A stretch of DNA of 26,678 bases from a virus (Duplodnaviria > Caudoviricetes), in the IMG/VR virus record IMGVR_UViG_3300032329_000616, positions 1-26,678 of that record; one strand, 5' to 3'. Under the pieces are notes generated by a model that saw nothing but the letters and a program-made list of their open reading frames with translations, searched no databases and was not told the origin of the DNA. How positions within the stretch are numbered: the stretch's first letter is position 1; the number at the start of each line of letters is the position of its first letter. Shown here in pieces: positions 7,937 to 19,054 of the stretch. The translations under genes were made by a program, and so were the position numbers.

Positions 7937-9766
7937 ATGACAGATAATAATAATGTATCATATTTAAATAAGACCTTTAGTGATTTTAAAGCTAATCTTA
8001 TAAATTACGCTAAATCTTATTTTCCAACAACGTATAATGATTTTTCTGAAGCATCACCAGGTAATATGTTTATTGAAATGGCATCTTATGTTGGTGATGT
8101 AATGTCATTTTATTTAGATACTCAAGTACAAGAAAATTTCTTATTATACGCTAAACAAAAAGAAAATTTATATGCTTTATCGTATATGCTAGGATATAGA
8201 CCTAAAGCATCATATGCTGCCGTTACTACAGTTGACATATATCAATTAATTCCCTTTTCAAATTCAGGGGGAACTAATGTTCCTAATTATAATTATGCTA
8301 TTGTTGTTCCTGAAAATACTATTTTAACTGCTGCTAATTCAACTAAATTTTTAACTATAGAAAAAGTTGATTTTACTAATCCTAATAATACAGAAATAAT
8401 AGTAGCTAATAACAATTATTTTCTTCTTAAAAAACAAGTAAAAGCAATATCAGCCGAAATTAAATCAATAACTATACCTTTTAGTACTCCACAGAAATTT
8501 TCTACAACTACAATAACTGATAATAATATATTACAAATATTAGATGCCACTGATGCTCAGGGTAATCAATGGTATGAAGTACCATATTTAGCTCAATCAA
8601 CTATTTTTGATAAAATAGCTAATCCAACATTTGCTATAGATAACGTACCCTATTTAATGCAATTAAAAAGAGTACCTCGTAGATATGTCTCTCGTTTCTT
8701 ATCAGATAATACATTACAAATAGAATTTGGAGCTGGAGTATCTAATAAGACAGACAGCACATTATTACCTACCCCAGATAATATCCAATTAGGATTAGTA
8801 CCTGGTATTTCTACTTTATATAATAATTTCAATAAAGCATCTGCTTTTTATACTCAAGAGTATGGCTTAGCACCAAGTTATGATGTTACAATAAGATATT
8901 TAGTAGGAGGAGGATTAAATGCAAATAATGATATTAATAAAATTACTGTTATAGATAAGTCACAAATATATTTCCCTAGCTCAATAAATGACCCAGTATC
9001 TAATTATATTTTAAGTGGTATAGTAGTTAATAATCCTGTACCTGCTTCTGGTGGTAGAAATGGAGATCAAGTTGAAGAAGTACGTAATAATGCATTAAAT
9101 GCATATCAATCACAGTTACGCGCTGTAACTAGAGAAGATTATATGGTTCGTGCTTTATCATTACCTTCTGATTATGGTAGTATAGCTAAAGTATATGTTA
9201 CTCAAGATATGGTTCGTGAAATGATAGAAACGCAAACTGTAGCTACAACTGAAGAATTAAATCCATTATCATTAGATATGTACATATTAGGGTATGATTC
9301 AAATAAAAAATTAACAACAACTGCTTCTACACTAAAACAAAATTTAGCAACATATATTGATCAATTTAGAATGGTTACTGATGCTGTTAATATTAAAGAT
9401 GCATTTTATATTAATATAGGTATTAATTTTGACATAGCTGTTAAAAGTGGATATAATAACAATACAGTTATTATGGATTGTATTTCTGCTTTAAAAGACT
9501 TTTTTAATATTGAAAAATGGAATATCAATCAACCTATTATAATATCCGACGTTCAATCTCAACTTCTTAATATAAATGGTGTACAATCTGTAATTAAACT
9601 TGAATTTATAAATAAACAAGACAATGCAGGAACTACATATTCTTTATATGGATATGACATACCTGGCGCTACCCGTAACCAAGCTATATATCCTTCACTA
9701 GATCCTAGTATTTTTGAAATAAGATACCCAGATACAGATATTCAAGGAAGAGTAGTAGCCGTTTAA
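7937..9766 (+). CDS. Baseplate wedge protein, T4 gp6/baseplate J-like
   Basis: FSDFKANL...YNDFSEASPG...MASYVGDVMSFYLD...EN; IEFGAG; GGRNGD...QLRAVTREDY; follows gp25. Confidence 0.9.
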   Translation: MTDNNNVSYLNKTFSDFKANLINYAKSYFPTTYNDFSEASPGNMFIEMASYVGDVMSFYLDTQVQENFLLYAKQKENLYALSYMLGYRPKASYAAVTTVDIYQLIPFSNSGGTNVPNYNYAIVVPENTILTAANSTKFLTIEKVDFTNPNNTEIIVANNNYFLLKKQVKAISAEIKSITIPFSTPQKFSTTTITDNNILQILDATDAQGNQWYEVPYLAQSTIFDKIANPTFAIDNVPYLMQLKRVPRRYVSRFLSDNTLQIEFGAGVSNKTDSTLLPTPDNIQLGLVPGISTLYNNFNKASAFYTQEYGLAPSYDVTIRYLVGGGLNANNDINKITVIDKSQIYFPSSINDPVSNYILSGIVVNNPVPASGGRNGDQVEEVRNNALNAYQSQLRAVTREDYMVRALSLPSDYGSIAKVYVTQDMVREMIETQTVATTEELNPLSLDMYILGYDSNKKLTTTASTLKQNLATYIDQFRMVTDAVNIKDAFYINIGINFDIAVKSGYNNNTVIMDCISALKDFFNIEKWNINQPIIISDVQSQLLNINGVQSVIKLEFINKQDNAGTTYSLYGYDIPGATRNQAIYPSLDPSIFEIRYPDTDIQGRVVAV

Positions 9767-9782
9767 ACATTTAAAATATATA

Positions 9783-9791
9783 ATATTTATA
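9783..9791 (+). promoter_or_regulatory. Putative late promoter motif ATATTTATW
   Basis: ATATTTATA 18 nt before ATG 9810. Confidence 0.55.
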
Positions 9792-9809
9792 TATAGTAAT
9801 TAATTAATT

Positions 9810-10901
9810 ATGGCTGTATATAAAATATTCCCTGAACAAAGTGCAACTCTTTATTCATATTACCCAAGTCTTAACTCAGGTAATGATGAAATATTAGATC
9901 TTAGCACATATCTTACTATTGATGGTACTAATCAAGTATCACGTCCTATCATTCAATTTTCACAAAATGAAATAGAAGATATATATTATAATAAAGTAAA
10001 CGGGGCGGAATATGAAGCTCATTTACGTTTATCCTTAGCTAATGCTTCTCAAATTCCCTTAAATTATACAATAAATTGTTATCCATTATATTGGAGTTGG
10101 GATAGAGGAACAGGACGATTAGCAAATTCACCTATTACAACGGACGGAGCTGGATGGAGATGGTATAATTTTTTAAGTGGAAGTGCATGGTATTATCCTG
10201 ATAATATACCCGCTCCCGGTCTTGATTATTATGATGATGGAACTAACTATGGAGGTGGAATATGGTATCAAGGTTATTCTGCTTATCAAGATTTTACTAA
10301 TGTTACTTCTAAAGATATAGATTTAGATATAACAAGTATGTACCAAGGATGGATTGATTATACCATCAATAATGCAGGCGTTATATTAAAACATGATAAT
10401 TCATTAGAATTTACAACATCTTCGTATTTTGAATTAAAATATTTCTCAGCTAATACTCATACAATATATCCCCCATGCTTAGAAATAAGGTGGGATGATT
10501 GGTCATATAATACTTCCTTAACAGTAGTAACATCACCTCAAATTGTAGCAACATTAGCTAATAACCAAAGTGAATATCAACAAGACTCAGTGCAACGATT
10601 TAGAGTAAACGTAAGGGATAGATACCCAGCTCGTGCATTCTCAACCACATCAGTATATTTAGTTAATAAAGCTTTACCTGAAGAATCTTATTATCAAATA
10701 AAAGATTTGGATACCGAAGAAATTGTCGTAGATTACGATACAACATATACTCAAATAAGCTGTGATGATACTAGTAATTATTTTGATGTATATATGAATG
10801 GATTAGAACCTGAACGTTATTATAAAATATTAATTAAAACTACTATTGATGGTACAACGTTAATACTAGATGATAATTATTACTTTAAAGTTATAAGATA
10901 A
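9810..10901 (+). CDS. Virion structural protein with DNRLRE-like beta-sandwich
   Basis: ATLYS...N.G.DE...SR.IIQF...A.LRL...W..G.G...W...GG.W...DIT...W...N.G.ILK...F.S...P.LEI.W pattern; baseplate context. Confidence 0.55.
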   Translation: MAVYKIFPEQSATLYSYYPSLNSGNDEILDLSTYLTIDGTNQVSRPIIQFSQNEIEDIYYNKVNGAEYEAHLRLSLANASQIPLNYTINCYPLYWSWDRGTGRLANSPITTDGAGWRWYNFLSGSAWYYPDNIPAPGLDYYDDGTNYGGGIWYQGYSAYQDFTNVTSKDIDLDITSMYQGWIDYTINNAGVILKHDNSLEFTTSSYFELKYFSANTHTIYPPCLEIRWDDWSYNTSLTVVTSPQIVATLANNQSEYQQDSVQRFRVNVRDRYPARAFSTTSVYLVNKALPEESYYQIKDLDTEEIVVDYDTTYTQISCDDTSNYFDVYMNGLEPERYYKILIKTTIDGTTLILDDNYYFKVIR

Positions 10902-10902
10902 T

Positions 10903-11250
10903 ATGTCTCAAATTCCTATAGAAAAACAAGTATTTAATAAAAATGCCTTTGGTAAAGTAGTTGATACTCAATTTAGCTTCTTATTAAATAATCAAGCTGA
11001 AGAAACACCTGTATTTACTTTAGAGGATTTTTTTCAATTATATGAACAATTATTTTATCAAATTCCAAAGGAAGGTGATAGTAATTCTCATATGTATATT
11101 ATACAAAAAGAAGCAGAATATCTAGGAATTGTAATTAATCAAGATGAAGTCCAGGCTTTATTACAGGAAATTACAACATTAAGACAACAAATATTAGATA
11201 CACAAACAGCATTGGCTGAGATAAGCAAAACAACTAATAATGGCGGATAA
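10903..11250 (+). CDS. Hypothetical structural-module protein with C-terminal coiled coil
   Basis: 115 aa, tightly packed between structural genes. Confidence 0.7.
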   Translation: MSQIPIEKQVFNKNAFGKVVDTQFSFLLNNQAEETPVFTLEDFFQLYEQLFYQIPKEGDSNSHMYIIQKEAEYLGIVINQDEVQALLQEITTLRQQILDTQTALAEISKTTNNGG

Positions 11251-14200
11251 TATACAAATAGTAGGAAATATACTAGCATCTACTACGGTTTCTCGTTACA
11301 GTAGCAAAGACAATAAATTAATACCTTCAGAAACACTAAAAGAAGATTTTGGTGGTACTAATGACTATATTGAATTTTATATATATGATGCTGGGAATAA
11401 TTTACTAAATATAAATTACAATTATCTTGATTATTATTTACCGCCATCAACAGGTCTAAACCCAGGAGTAATAACTCAACCTAATACTACTGGTAATATT
11501 CAAACAAATAATGTAGGAATTGACTCAACTCTAGCTCCTCAAACTAGCTCATTATATCCTATTATAGAAATTGACCCAGTTTCTGATTTACAAAATGCTG
11601 GGTATACATCAGGAGAATTTAAACTTAGATATAATCTATTTCAAAATAAGTTATCTAATTTTATTGATACCGCGTTATATATTAAAGAAATATCACCTGA
11701 TAGAACTGAACTTAGATTAGCCTCTATTAGTCTTACCAATGATGAAATTGAAAGCGTAACACTTTCATTAATAGATAAAATAAATAATTCTCCATATTAT
11801 GTTGATTATTTACTAAATTTTGGAGAAAATAGACAAGCAATAGCTATAAACATAGCCCTAAATAAGGATCCTGAAGGATACCAGGTATTAATTAAATTAT
11901 ATGAATCATTACCTGCGGAAATTCAAGAAAAAGATGAATTATGGATTGTAGAGGAAAAAGTTAGTCCTTATTTATTTGATATAAATTTAGATAAATTTGT
12001 CACTCCTGCTCCTCCTCCAACATTAAGAGGACCTAATTTAGACATTCCTATTCCTGATAAAGGAACTGTATCAACAGCGTATACTAATTACTCTAATGCT
12101 TTACTTAGTTTACAATCAATACAAAGTTCATCATATAATCAGATACTAAATTTAATGAGTACACAAAGTATTCAAATAAATGTAGATTATACTGATTTTA
12201 ATAATTTTGTATTTTTTGGATCATCGTACCAACGTGTAGTTAACTTTTATAATAAGGTTAAACAAATTGAAGATTATACTAATAAAATAGCTCAATATAC
12301 TCCTTATGTAGCTACAACAGCTAGCCTTCAAACAGAAATAAACACATATTCATCTAGTATAAATTTACTTATATCTCAATTTGATGGATATGAATCATAT
12401 TTGTATTTTGAATCTAGTTCGTATACTTGGCCAAAATCAGGATCTCTTAAACCATATAAACTACTATCAACAGGCTCAGCAGCTGTATTAAGCTGGTACC
12501 CAGCTTTAACAGTATCTGCTTCATTATATGATAATAGTAATTATGATAATCTAATATATGCCGTTCCTGAATTTATAAAAGATGATGACAGTAATGCTCC
12601 ATTTTTGACTTTCCTTAATATGGTTGGTCAATACTTTGACAACATATGGATTTATCTTAAAGCAATTACTGATGTTAATTTAGCAAATAATAACCTAAAT
12701 AAAGGTATATCTAAAGATTTAGTATATGAGCAATTAAAATCACTAGGCATTAAATTATATAATAGCCAGGCTGGTGAATCTGTAGATCAATTTTTAATAG
12801 GTGCTAATACGGGCAGCTCAACTTGGGATAATAATACTACGATTACTGGTAGTTTCTTAAATAATATACCCCGTAAAGATTTATTATCGGAATTATATAA
12901 GCGTATTTATCATAATTTACCTTTATTATTAAAAACAAAAGGTACAGTTGCTGGGTTGGATTATTTAATGACTACATTTGGTGTTCCTAATGAAACATAT
13001 TATACAATAACAAGTGGATCTATTCAAACAACTTGGTACACACCAACGGGTAGTTCTGTAACGGCTAGTATATTAAACGTTAAAGAATTTGGTGGTGGTA
13101 CTAAAGCAGGACTAATTAATGGATATAATAATGATAAAGTAAGAATATTACCTAATCCTATTGCTCCTGGCTTACAAGGTAGTGTTTTATCACCACTATT
13201 AAGTTTACAAACATACCCAACAGCATCATCTCAGTTTAGAGAGAATGATATGAATTATGTAGATATATCATTTTCACCTGAAACTCAAATAGATACATAT
13301 GCTTCTGGAGCTATAGCATCAAATAACCCAACTTGGAGTTTAGATGATTATATAGGTGATCCTAGACAACAATATAACTCTTCATACCCAGATCTAGATG
13401 CTCAACGTACATTATATTACCAAACAGGTGTTAGTGGATTTCCTGGATTTACAGGTTCATTATTAGATTATAATGGCTTTATTCGTTTAATACAATTTTT
13501 TGATAATGCGTTGTTTAAGATGCTTGGTGATTTTACTCCTGAACGTACAAGTCTATCAACGGGCGTTACTATAAGTTCACCTGTATTAGAACGTAATAAA
13601 GTATCATACGCTAATCCAACAACAAGCACTACACAAAGTGTATATGAAGCTAAATACCCCGCTTCAACTATATCATCTCAATATGGTAAGTTTTATAATA
13701 ATCTATCTTCATCAAATGATACAGTAGCATGGTATGATGGTGAATTAAGTGGTAGTGAATTTGACATACATCATTACTTTACAGAAGCTAATTATAATCC
13801 TTACTTATTAGGTAATTATATATCTAAGTATACATGTAGTTCATGGGTTATTTATGGAAATTCTGGTGGAGGTACAATAACTTACACATTATGTGATAAT
13901 ACAGCTGTAACTCAAAGTATAGCAGACGGAGGTATAATAAATAATTTATGGCTTAAAGATGGAGAATCAATAACAGCAACCGGAGCAGTAACTTATCAAC
14001 TAAGTAGTCCTTACCAAACTAAAACAGGAGTATCTATTTTTGATATAAATAACTTTAATCATACAGATTTTAATGTATTATTAAATAATGTATCTAAAAG
14101 TGTATCTTCTATATATAGACAAAATATAGAATATATTGGAGGTAGTTTTTTACCAACATCAAGTATATTATTTCCTGCTGAACTGCAAGATTCATACCTA

Positions 14201-16165
14201 TCATTAAGATCATATAATATATCAAGATATGAAGGGTCTAAAACTACTAGTTTATTATATAATACATATACCGATGGAGATGATTCGTATGGTAAAACAG
14301 CAGCTATAGATCATAGTGTTCGTAAAATAGGAATATTTACTCAAATTGAATCTAGTTCACTTTTACCAAGACGAAATAGTGTACGATTAAAATATCTTGT
14401 TGATGAATTTGGAAGTTTAACAGAATTAAACCAAATTAATAAAAATTGGTGGGATGTTCAAAGAACATTCATAATGGGTAATACAGGTTCTGTAGCATTA
14501 TTTGATAATAAAAAATATAGCAATCAAAAAGCTACTGACGGAAATAAATTAATATTTGATAGTGGATATACCTATTCCCCAGTATTATATGGTAATGGAT
14601 ATGATACAAGATTATATTTTGATCATACAACAGAAAATGCTTTATATCAAGGTACAGCTAATTTTTTAAGTTCATCCTATTATATATCTGGTAGTTCTAC
14701 TTTGGGATACCCAATAGCAACTATAGGAGGTGTCCAACGTGTATCTAAATTATATAACAATGTAACAGAAGATCCAGCTCAAATGACAGGAGGAACATCA
14801 ACTACTCTTCCATGTTATACTGTACCAGAAGGTGGTGCTTATCAAATAGATGCTGAGGCTACTGTAACAATGAAAAATACAGGACGTTATGGTAGTGCTT
14901 CATTTACATTACAATTATATAAAGGAGCAGCGACATACGGTTCTGGTGATACACAAGTATTTGAATTTACTGAACCAGCAACAACGTATAGTGTTTATAC
15001 TGCACCATATCTTTTTACTAATGCTACTTCAATTAACTATTCTACAATTGTTACTAGTAATAGAATAATAACAGCAAGTAATGGAGCTGGATATTATAAA
15101 GTATTTCCTGCTGGGTCTCAATTTTATAAATTTTCTCAAGAATTTTATACTGTATTTAATGGATATCCTTCATGTAATGTTAGTGGAGTTACAATACATT
15201 CTGGTGATGGATATATAGCAGTTAACCCCCCTACAGGGTATAGTACTATTCTACCAGCATCAGCATCACAACCAGGTACAGCAAATGGTTGTGCTTTTGG
15301 TATTCCTTTAAAACGAGCCCAAACTAATTTTTACATGATACACATGCCTGGATTTTCAACTCCAGTAGGTGAACAAACAGTAACAAAAACATTTAGTATA
15401 AGCTTCCGTTCACCTTCTAATTTATCAGCAGGAGATAAAATATCAGCATCATTAAATGTTGATTATATAAAACCAACCATAGCACCATATTATACAGCAT
15501 CTATTAATCCTAACTCTACATTTAGAGTAACTTCTTTAGCTAATAGTGTAGGAAATTATCCATTTACTCCTTTAGAATATTTTGCCGATCCATCAAATGA
15601 TGATACTCCTATTTTAGATAACAATCAATTAGCCTTTAGTACTGGATTATCTTCTTTTTATAGTTCAGCATATCAATTTCTTCCTTACTATACATCAGGA
15701 TCTAGAATATTTTCTTCTTCTTTATATTCTGAATATGGAGATGTAGATTATCCTTTCCAATTAGGAGTATATGATATATTTAGCGCTTACGACGTATCCG
15801 GTAGTTATTTTGAAACTAGAATTACCAATATTGAAACTATTATAGGAGGAACTAATTCTAATTACGTTGTTTTAACATTTGCTGACGATTTACCACCAGC
15901 AGTGTACTCTGGAACACTTAATGTACCTCCTGGACAATTATCTAATTTAACAGCGGCCGCTAATAAACCTGCTAGATTTTTATTTTTAAAACGATTAGAA
16001 GATGAAACTAATATATATTTGAAATTTAATAAACGTCCTGGATTAACTTCATATGGATTTATAATACCTAAAAATTTAGCAAAGGATGTTTTAAATAATA
16101 TAGATACAATAACAAAAGAGGTAAAACAAAAACTATTGGCAGATCAACAAGGTACAACATCTTAA
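11240..16165 (+). CDS. Large baseplate protein (gp7/P2 gpI-like core with variable beta-rich inserts)
   Basis: 1641 aa; FLNMVGQYFD and LLKTKGTVAGL...FG wedge-type motifs; S/T/G-rich C-terminal half. Confidence 0.65.
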   Translation: MADNIQIVGNILASTTVSRYSSKDNKLIPSETLKEDFGGTNDYIEFYIYDAGNNLLNINYNYLDYYLPPSTGLNPGVITQPNTTGNIQTNNVGIDSTLAPQTSSLYPIIEIDPVSDLQNAGYTSGEFKLRYNLFQNKLSNFIDTALYIKEISPDRTELRLASISLTNDEIESVTLSLIDKINNSPYYVDYLLNFGENRQAIAINIALNKDPEGYQVLIKLYESLPAEIQEKDELWIVEEKVSPYLFDINLDKFVTPAPPPTLRGPNLDIPIPDKGTVSTAYTNYSNALLSLQSIQSSSYNQILNLMSTQSIQINVDYTDFNNFVFFGSSYQRVVNFYNKVKQIEDYTNKIAQYTPYVATTASLQTEINTYSSSINLLISQFDGYESYLYFESSSYTWPKSGSLKPYKLLSTGSAAVLSWYPALTVSASLYDNSNYDNLIYAVPEFIKDDDSNAPFLTFLNMVGQYFDNIWIYLKAITDVNLANNNLNKGISKDLVYEQLKSLGIKLYNSQAGESVDQFLIGANTGSSTWDNNTTITGSFLNNIPRKDLLSELYKRIYHNLPLLLKTKGTVAGLDYLMTTFGVPNETYYTITSGSIQTTWYTPTGSSVTASILNVKEFGGGTKAGLINGYNNDKVRILPNPIAPGLQGSVLSPLLSLQTYPTASSQFRENDMNYVDISFSPETQIDTYASGAIASNNPTWSLDDYIGDPRQQYNSSYPDLDAQRTLYYQTGVSGFPGFTGSLLDYNGFIRLIQFFDNALFKMLGDFTPERTSLSTGVTISSPVLERNKVSYANPTTSTTQSVYEAKYPASTISSQYGKFYNNLSSSNDTVAWYDGELSGSEFDIHHYFTEANYNPYLLGNYISKYTCSSWVIYGNSGGGTITYTLCDNTAVTQSIADGGIINNLWLKDGESITATGAVTYQLSSPYQTKTGVSIFDINNFNHTDFNVLLNNVSKSVSSIYRQNIEYIGGSFLPTSSILFPAELQDSYLSLRSYNISRYEGSKTTSLLYNTYTDGDDSYGKTAAIDHSVRKIGIFTQIESSSLLPRRNSVRLKYLVDEFGSLTELNQINKNWWDVQRTFIMGNTGSVALFDNKKYSNQKATDGNKLIFDSGYTYSPVLYGNGYDTRLYFDHTTENALYQGTANFLSSSYYISGSSTLGYPIATIGGVQRVSKLYNNVTEDPAQMTGGTSTTLPCYTVPEGGAYQIDAEATVTMKNTGRYGSASFTLQLYKGAATYGSGDTQVFEFTEPATTYSVYTAPYLFTNATSINYSTIVTSNRIITASNGAGYYKVFPAGSQFYKFSQEFYTVFNGYPSCNVSGVTIHSGDGYIAVNPPTGYSTILPASASQPGTANGCAFGIPLKRAQTNFYMIHMPGFSTPVGEQTVTKTFSISFRSPSNLSAGDKISASLNVDYIKPTIAPYYTASINPNSTFRVTSLANSVGNYPFTPLEYFADPSNDDTPILDNNQLAFSTGLSSFYSSAYQFLPYYTSGSRIFSSSLYSEYGDVDYPFQLGVYDIFSAYDVSGSYFETRITNIETIIGGTNSNYVVLTFADDLPPAVYSGTLNVPPGQLSNLTAAANKPARFLFLKRLEDETNIYLKFNKRPGLTSYGFIIPKNLAKDVLNNIDTITKEVKQKLLADQQGTTS

Positions 16166-16174
16166 ATTTTTAAC

Positions 16175-16183
16175 ATATTTATA
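16175..16183 (+). promoter_or_regulatory. Putative late promoter motif ATATTTATW
   Basis: ATATTTATA 23 nt before ATG 16207. Confidence 0.55.
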
Positions 16184-16206
16184 GTATATACAATAAACAA
16201 TAAAAA

Positions 16207-16872
16207 ATGGCAATTTTAAATCCTACAACGGTAACAGTAGATGCGGTACTAACAACAAAAGGCCGCGAATTACTAGCTCGTAACGATGGTTCGTTTCAAA
16301 TTACACAATTTTCTTTGGCTGATGATGAAATAGATTATACATTATATAATCCAACACATCCATCAGGATCCGCATTTTATGGTGAAGCAATTGAAGCAAT
16401 GCCTATAATTCAAGCATTTCCAAATGATACTCAAATAATGCGTTATAAATTAATAACATTACCACGTGGTACATCACGTTTACCTGTTGTTAGTCTTGGA
16501 TATAACACAATTACACTTAAACAAGGTGCTTCATTAACTATAACACCACAAACATTGAATTATTTAGGTGCTACAAGTACATTTGAAGCCAATGGATACG
16601 TAGCTACAATAGCAGATATTAGGTTATTATCAGCATTCCAAGGTACAGGTATTACAACTACACAAGTAGGCGATCAAGCACTAAATACAACATCAGGAGC
16701 TGTATTATCTAAATCAGCAATTGGTACATCATTTACATTGACTGGTACAACTGTTAATACATTATTTGGTAGTTCATTAACTACATTATCTACAACAATT
16801 ACTGTAATTGGTAGAGATAGTGGTGCTAGAATTACTATTCCTATTAATATCGCAAAAGTATCAACACTATAA
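16207..16872 (+). CDS. Virion structural protein, tail-collar/baseplate (LTxxG..LA) type
   Basis: DAVLTTKGRELLA...ITQFSLADDEIDY resembles tail-collar fibre N-terminal domains; Thr-rich Ig-like C-terminus. Confidence 0.55.
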   Translation: MAILNPTTVTVDAVLTTKGRELLARNDGSFQITQFSLADDEIDYTLYNPTHPSGSAFYGEAIEAMPIIQAFPNDTQIMRYKLITLPRGTSRLPVVSLGYNTITLKQGASLTITPQTLNYLGATSTFEANGYVATIADIRLLSAFQGTGITTTQVGDQALNTTSGAVLSKSAIGTSFTLTGTTVNTLFGSSLTTLSTTITVIGRDSGARITIPINIAKVSTL

Positions 16873-16891
16873 TTTAAAATAAAACAACAAT

Positions 16892-17866
16892 ATGTCATTT
16901 TCAAGATACGCAACAGATGATTCAGTAATAAGTGCCGAAACCGTAGTTCGTGGTTTATGGACAGGAGACAATAACCAATTATCAACTTTTTATACAGCAA
17001 GTATATATACAGAATATTATTTAGATGTATATCAAAATGATCCATCCGCAACAACAGCATCAGTTCAATTTGATATCCAATATGGTCATATAGCAGGGTC
17101 AGGTTCATATCCTGTAAATCCTCTTGTTAGAGGATATTCCCCATCACGGATTATATATGGTCAGTATAGAAACTTAGTTTATGGTACTGAAGATACTAAT
17201 TTTAGTTTTAATGGAGGTACCACAACAGCTCAGCAAATCTATGCAATCAATATTAATAGAGCAAATTATAAACAAGCACTAAATCCAGGCTCATTTAATT
17301 TAACTTTAGCAAGTGGTAGTAGCACTATTTATTTAACAGATGATAGTAATACAACAGCATTAACTCGTTTTATTGGTGAAAATAAAATATATTATATTAT
17401 TACAGGTAGTAATGGTAATTATTGTACTTCTTGCAATAGCGGATCTATATATGGTATAATGCTACCAGATTTAGGAATAGTTATACTAGATGCTTCTGGT
17501 TCTTTAACTCCCTATATTCAAGCAGCTAGTTTATTAACATCCTCTAGACGAGATAACCATGTAAAATTATATAATTCTATTGTAGCAGGAACTAATTTCC
17601 AATTACAATCTCAAGAAGTAATATCATCACGTTATTTCTTTACACGTGTTAAAAATAGTGAATTTAATTATACAACAAACCCATCTATAATAGATGCAAG
17701 TGGTAATTTATTATACACTACATTAATTAATAATCCTCAAACATATATTACCACAGTTGGTATGTATAATGATAATAACGAATTATTAGCTGTAGCAAAA
17801 TTAAGTAAACCATTAACAAAAGATTTTACCAAAGAAGCCTTAATTAGAATAAAATTAGATTATTAA
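16892..17866 (+). CDS. Baseplate/tail structural protein
   Basis: C-terminal YITTVGMYNDNNELLAVAKLSKP motif typical of wedge/collar domains; paralogous to the next two ORFs. Confidence 0.65.
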   Translation: MSFSRYATDDSVISAETVVRGLWTGDNNQLSTFYTASIYTEYYLDVYQNDPSATTASVQFDIQYGHIAGSGSYPVNPLVRGYSPSRIIYGQYRNLVYGTEDTNFSFNGGTTTAQQIYAININRANYKQALNPGSFNLTLASGSSTIYLTDDSNTTALTRFIGENKIYYIITGSNGNYCTSCNSGSIYGIMLPDLGIVILDASGSLTPYIQAASLLTSSRRDNHVKLYNSIVAGTNFQLQSQEVISSRYFFTRVKNSEFNYTTNPSIIDASGNLLYTTLINNPQTYITTVGMYNDNNELLAVAKLSKPLTKDFTKEALIRIKLDY

Positions 17867-17869
17867 TGC

Positions 17870-19042
17870 ATGTCATCATTCAAAAAATTAAACAAGGCGG
17901 ACGTTACGACAGTAAATTATCATGCTAACAAGCAATGGCTATTAAACTATCCTAGCAGCTCTATAGATAATGACCCTAATCTTAGAATATATACAGGAAC
18001 TTATATAACAGGTACTTTTTATTCTAATAATACTTCTATAGACCCATATACAGGAGGTCAATATGAAAGATTAATATATGATTCTATGAATCATTTATTT
18101 TATCAAAATTACACAAATTTGTTAAATACAGGATCTATAATGTTTAATATAGATACCTACCAATCAGCATCACAACAACGCCCTACAGCTTCTTATTTTG
18201 ACTATAATACTAATCCATTATTTATTAACCAATTCCCAACAGGAGCTGGAGCTTCTATAAGAGTATTATCTATTAATCAAGATTTATATGGTTCTAAAGT
18301 ATTACCTACTAGTTTTAAATTAACGGCTTCATCTGATATTCTTATAAGAGATGATGGAAATGGAAATTTATATAATGTAGCAGGAGCTCAAAACCAATAT
18401 ATAGATCTTAACTATGTAACAATAGTTTATTTTTCCTCAGGTAGTATAATACCGGTGGGAGCTGAATTTGTAGGTAATATATTTTATGCTCATGGAATAG
18501 CAGTTATTACTAATTCGGATTATCAAGGTATATTCCCATACCCACCACTAGCAATATCTGATTCTAGAACCTATACTGTATATAATAGTCCTTATAATCC
18601 AACACATTCTATAGATATATTAAGTAATGATTTTGCTCGAACAGGAATATTACTAACAGGATCTGTAGTATTATCTGGAAGCAAGGCTTCATACTATACA
18701 GTAAATTCTAATGGAACCTTAACACTAAGTAGCTCAGCAAAATACCCAGGAGACTATAGTGTATATTATACAGTAAATAATTCATTTAATAATGGAACAA
18801 GTAGTTTAACTAGTAATAAAGCATTATTAAATGTAAATTTAGTTGCTTCTACTGCTTCTTGTATTTTATATCAATTTAGTGGATCTAGTGTAGGAGCGGC
18901 ATTTACTTATGTAACATGTAGTAGCGCTTTTGAACAAAATGAAACAGTAGGACAAAACATTATTACAAGATGCATTAAGGCTACTGAAATTCCTTCTATA
19001 CTTACCGGAACAGGAGGAATCACAATAATATCAGGATGTTAA
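17870..19042 (+). CDS. Baseplate/tail structural protein: N-terminal half of a paralog plus Ig-like and Cys-rich modules
   Basis: SFKL...IRDDGNGNL...GNIFYAHGIAVIT; then PLAISD...IDILSND...YYTV (cadherin/Big-like); then a Cys-bracketed tail. Confidence 0.65.
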   Translation: MSSFKKLNKADVTTVNYHANKQWLLNYPSSSIDNDPNLRIYTGTYITGTFYSNNTSIDPYTGGQYERLIYDSMNHLFYQNYTNLLNTGSIMFNIDTYQSASQQRPTASYFDYNTNPLFINQFPTGAGASIRVLSINQDLYGSKVLPTSFKLTASSDILIRDDGNGNLYNVAGAQNQYIDLNYVTIVYFSSGSIIPVGAEFVGNIFYAHGIAVITNSDYQGIFPYPPLAISDSRTYTVYNSPYNPTHSIDILSNDFARTGILLTGSVVLSGSKASYYTVNSNGTLTLSSSAKYPGDYSVYYTVNNSFNNGTSSLTSNKALLNVNLVASTASCILYQFSGSSVGAAFTYVTCSSAFEQNETVGQNIITRCIKATEIPSILTGTGGITIISGC

Positions 19043-19054
19043 AACTAAGATACA

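Noticed and set aside
6867-15960. Two GCGGCCGC sites in AT-rich DNA (about 6867 and 15953)
   Set aside because: Both simply encode Ala-Ala-Ala runs within genes.
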